64,000 nt of DNA from Oculina patagonica. Lineage: Eukaryota. The first letter of the stretch is position 1; every line of letters begins with the position of its first letter. The position numbers and the translations under genes are program-made. The notes under the pieces were generated by a model. It was given only the letters and a program-made list of their open reading frames with translations. It did no database searches and had not been told where the DNA came from. The stretch lies in contig NC_135765.1 of the NCBI RefSeq assembly GCF_052425735.1, positions 32,488,001 through 32,552,000 of the forward strand, given 5' to 3'. Of this stretch, positions 63,924-64,000 are shown in pieces.

Positions 63924-64000
63924 GTAACATGACATTATTCAATGAATAAATTAATTAACTAACACTGAATTGAGACCTTGCTGATGAATCTTACATAATT

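Overview
Animal (eukaryotic) genomic DNA, most likely a cnidarian/stony coral judging from gene content and SINE/MITE families (inference). It is AT-rich and intron-rich, with an assembly gap at 48669-48880. Spliced genes were rebuilt by hand from GT-AG sites and phase continuity. In order: an LRRC63-like gene (+, 10 exons), an ERICH6/FAM194-family gene (-, 12 coding exons, one U12-type intron), glycogenin (+, head-to-head with ERICH6), three intronless minus-strand genes (signal-anchored TDP2-like EEP phosphodiesterase, ENPP4/5-like ectoenzyme, orphan class A GPCR), TCTP/TPT1 (-) and the 5' part of a CEP295-like gene (+, head-to-head with TCTP). Highlights: (1) glycogenin has a frame-neutral 256-codon His/Pro/Gln/Glu repeat exon in the linker between its catalytic domain and its glycogen-synthase-binding tail; (2) a 77-nt piece of that exon was copied into a neighbouring MITE at a microhomology; (3) a possible extracellular phosphodiesterase/receptor cassette; (4) apparent ancient microsynteny with human 13q14/3q24-25. 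Introns are full of nested MITEs (TA, TAA, TTAA, 8-bp and 9-bp TSD classes), tRNA-derived SINEs and LINE/Penelope remnants.
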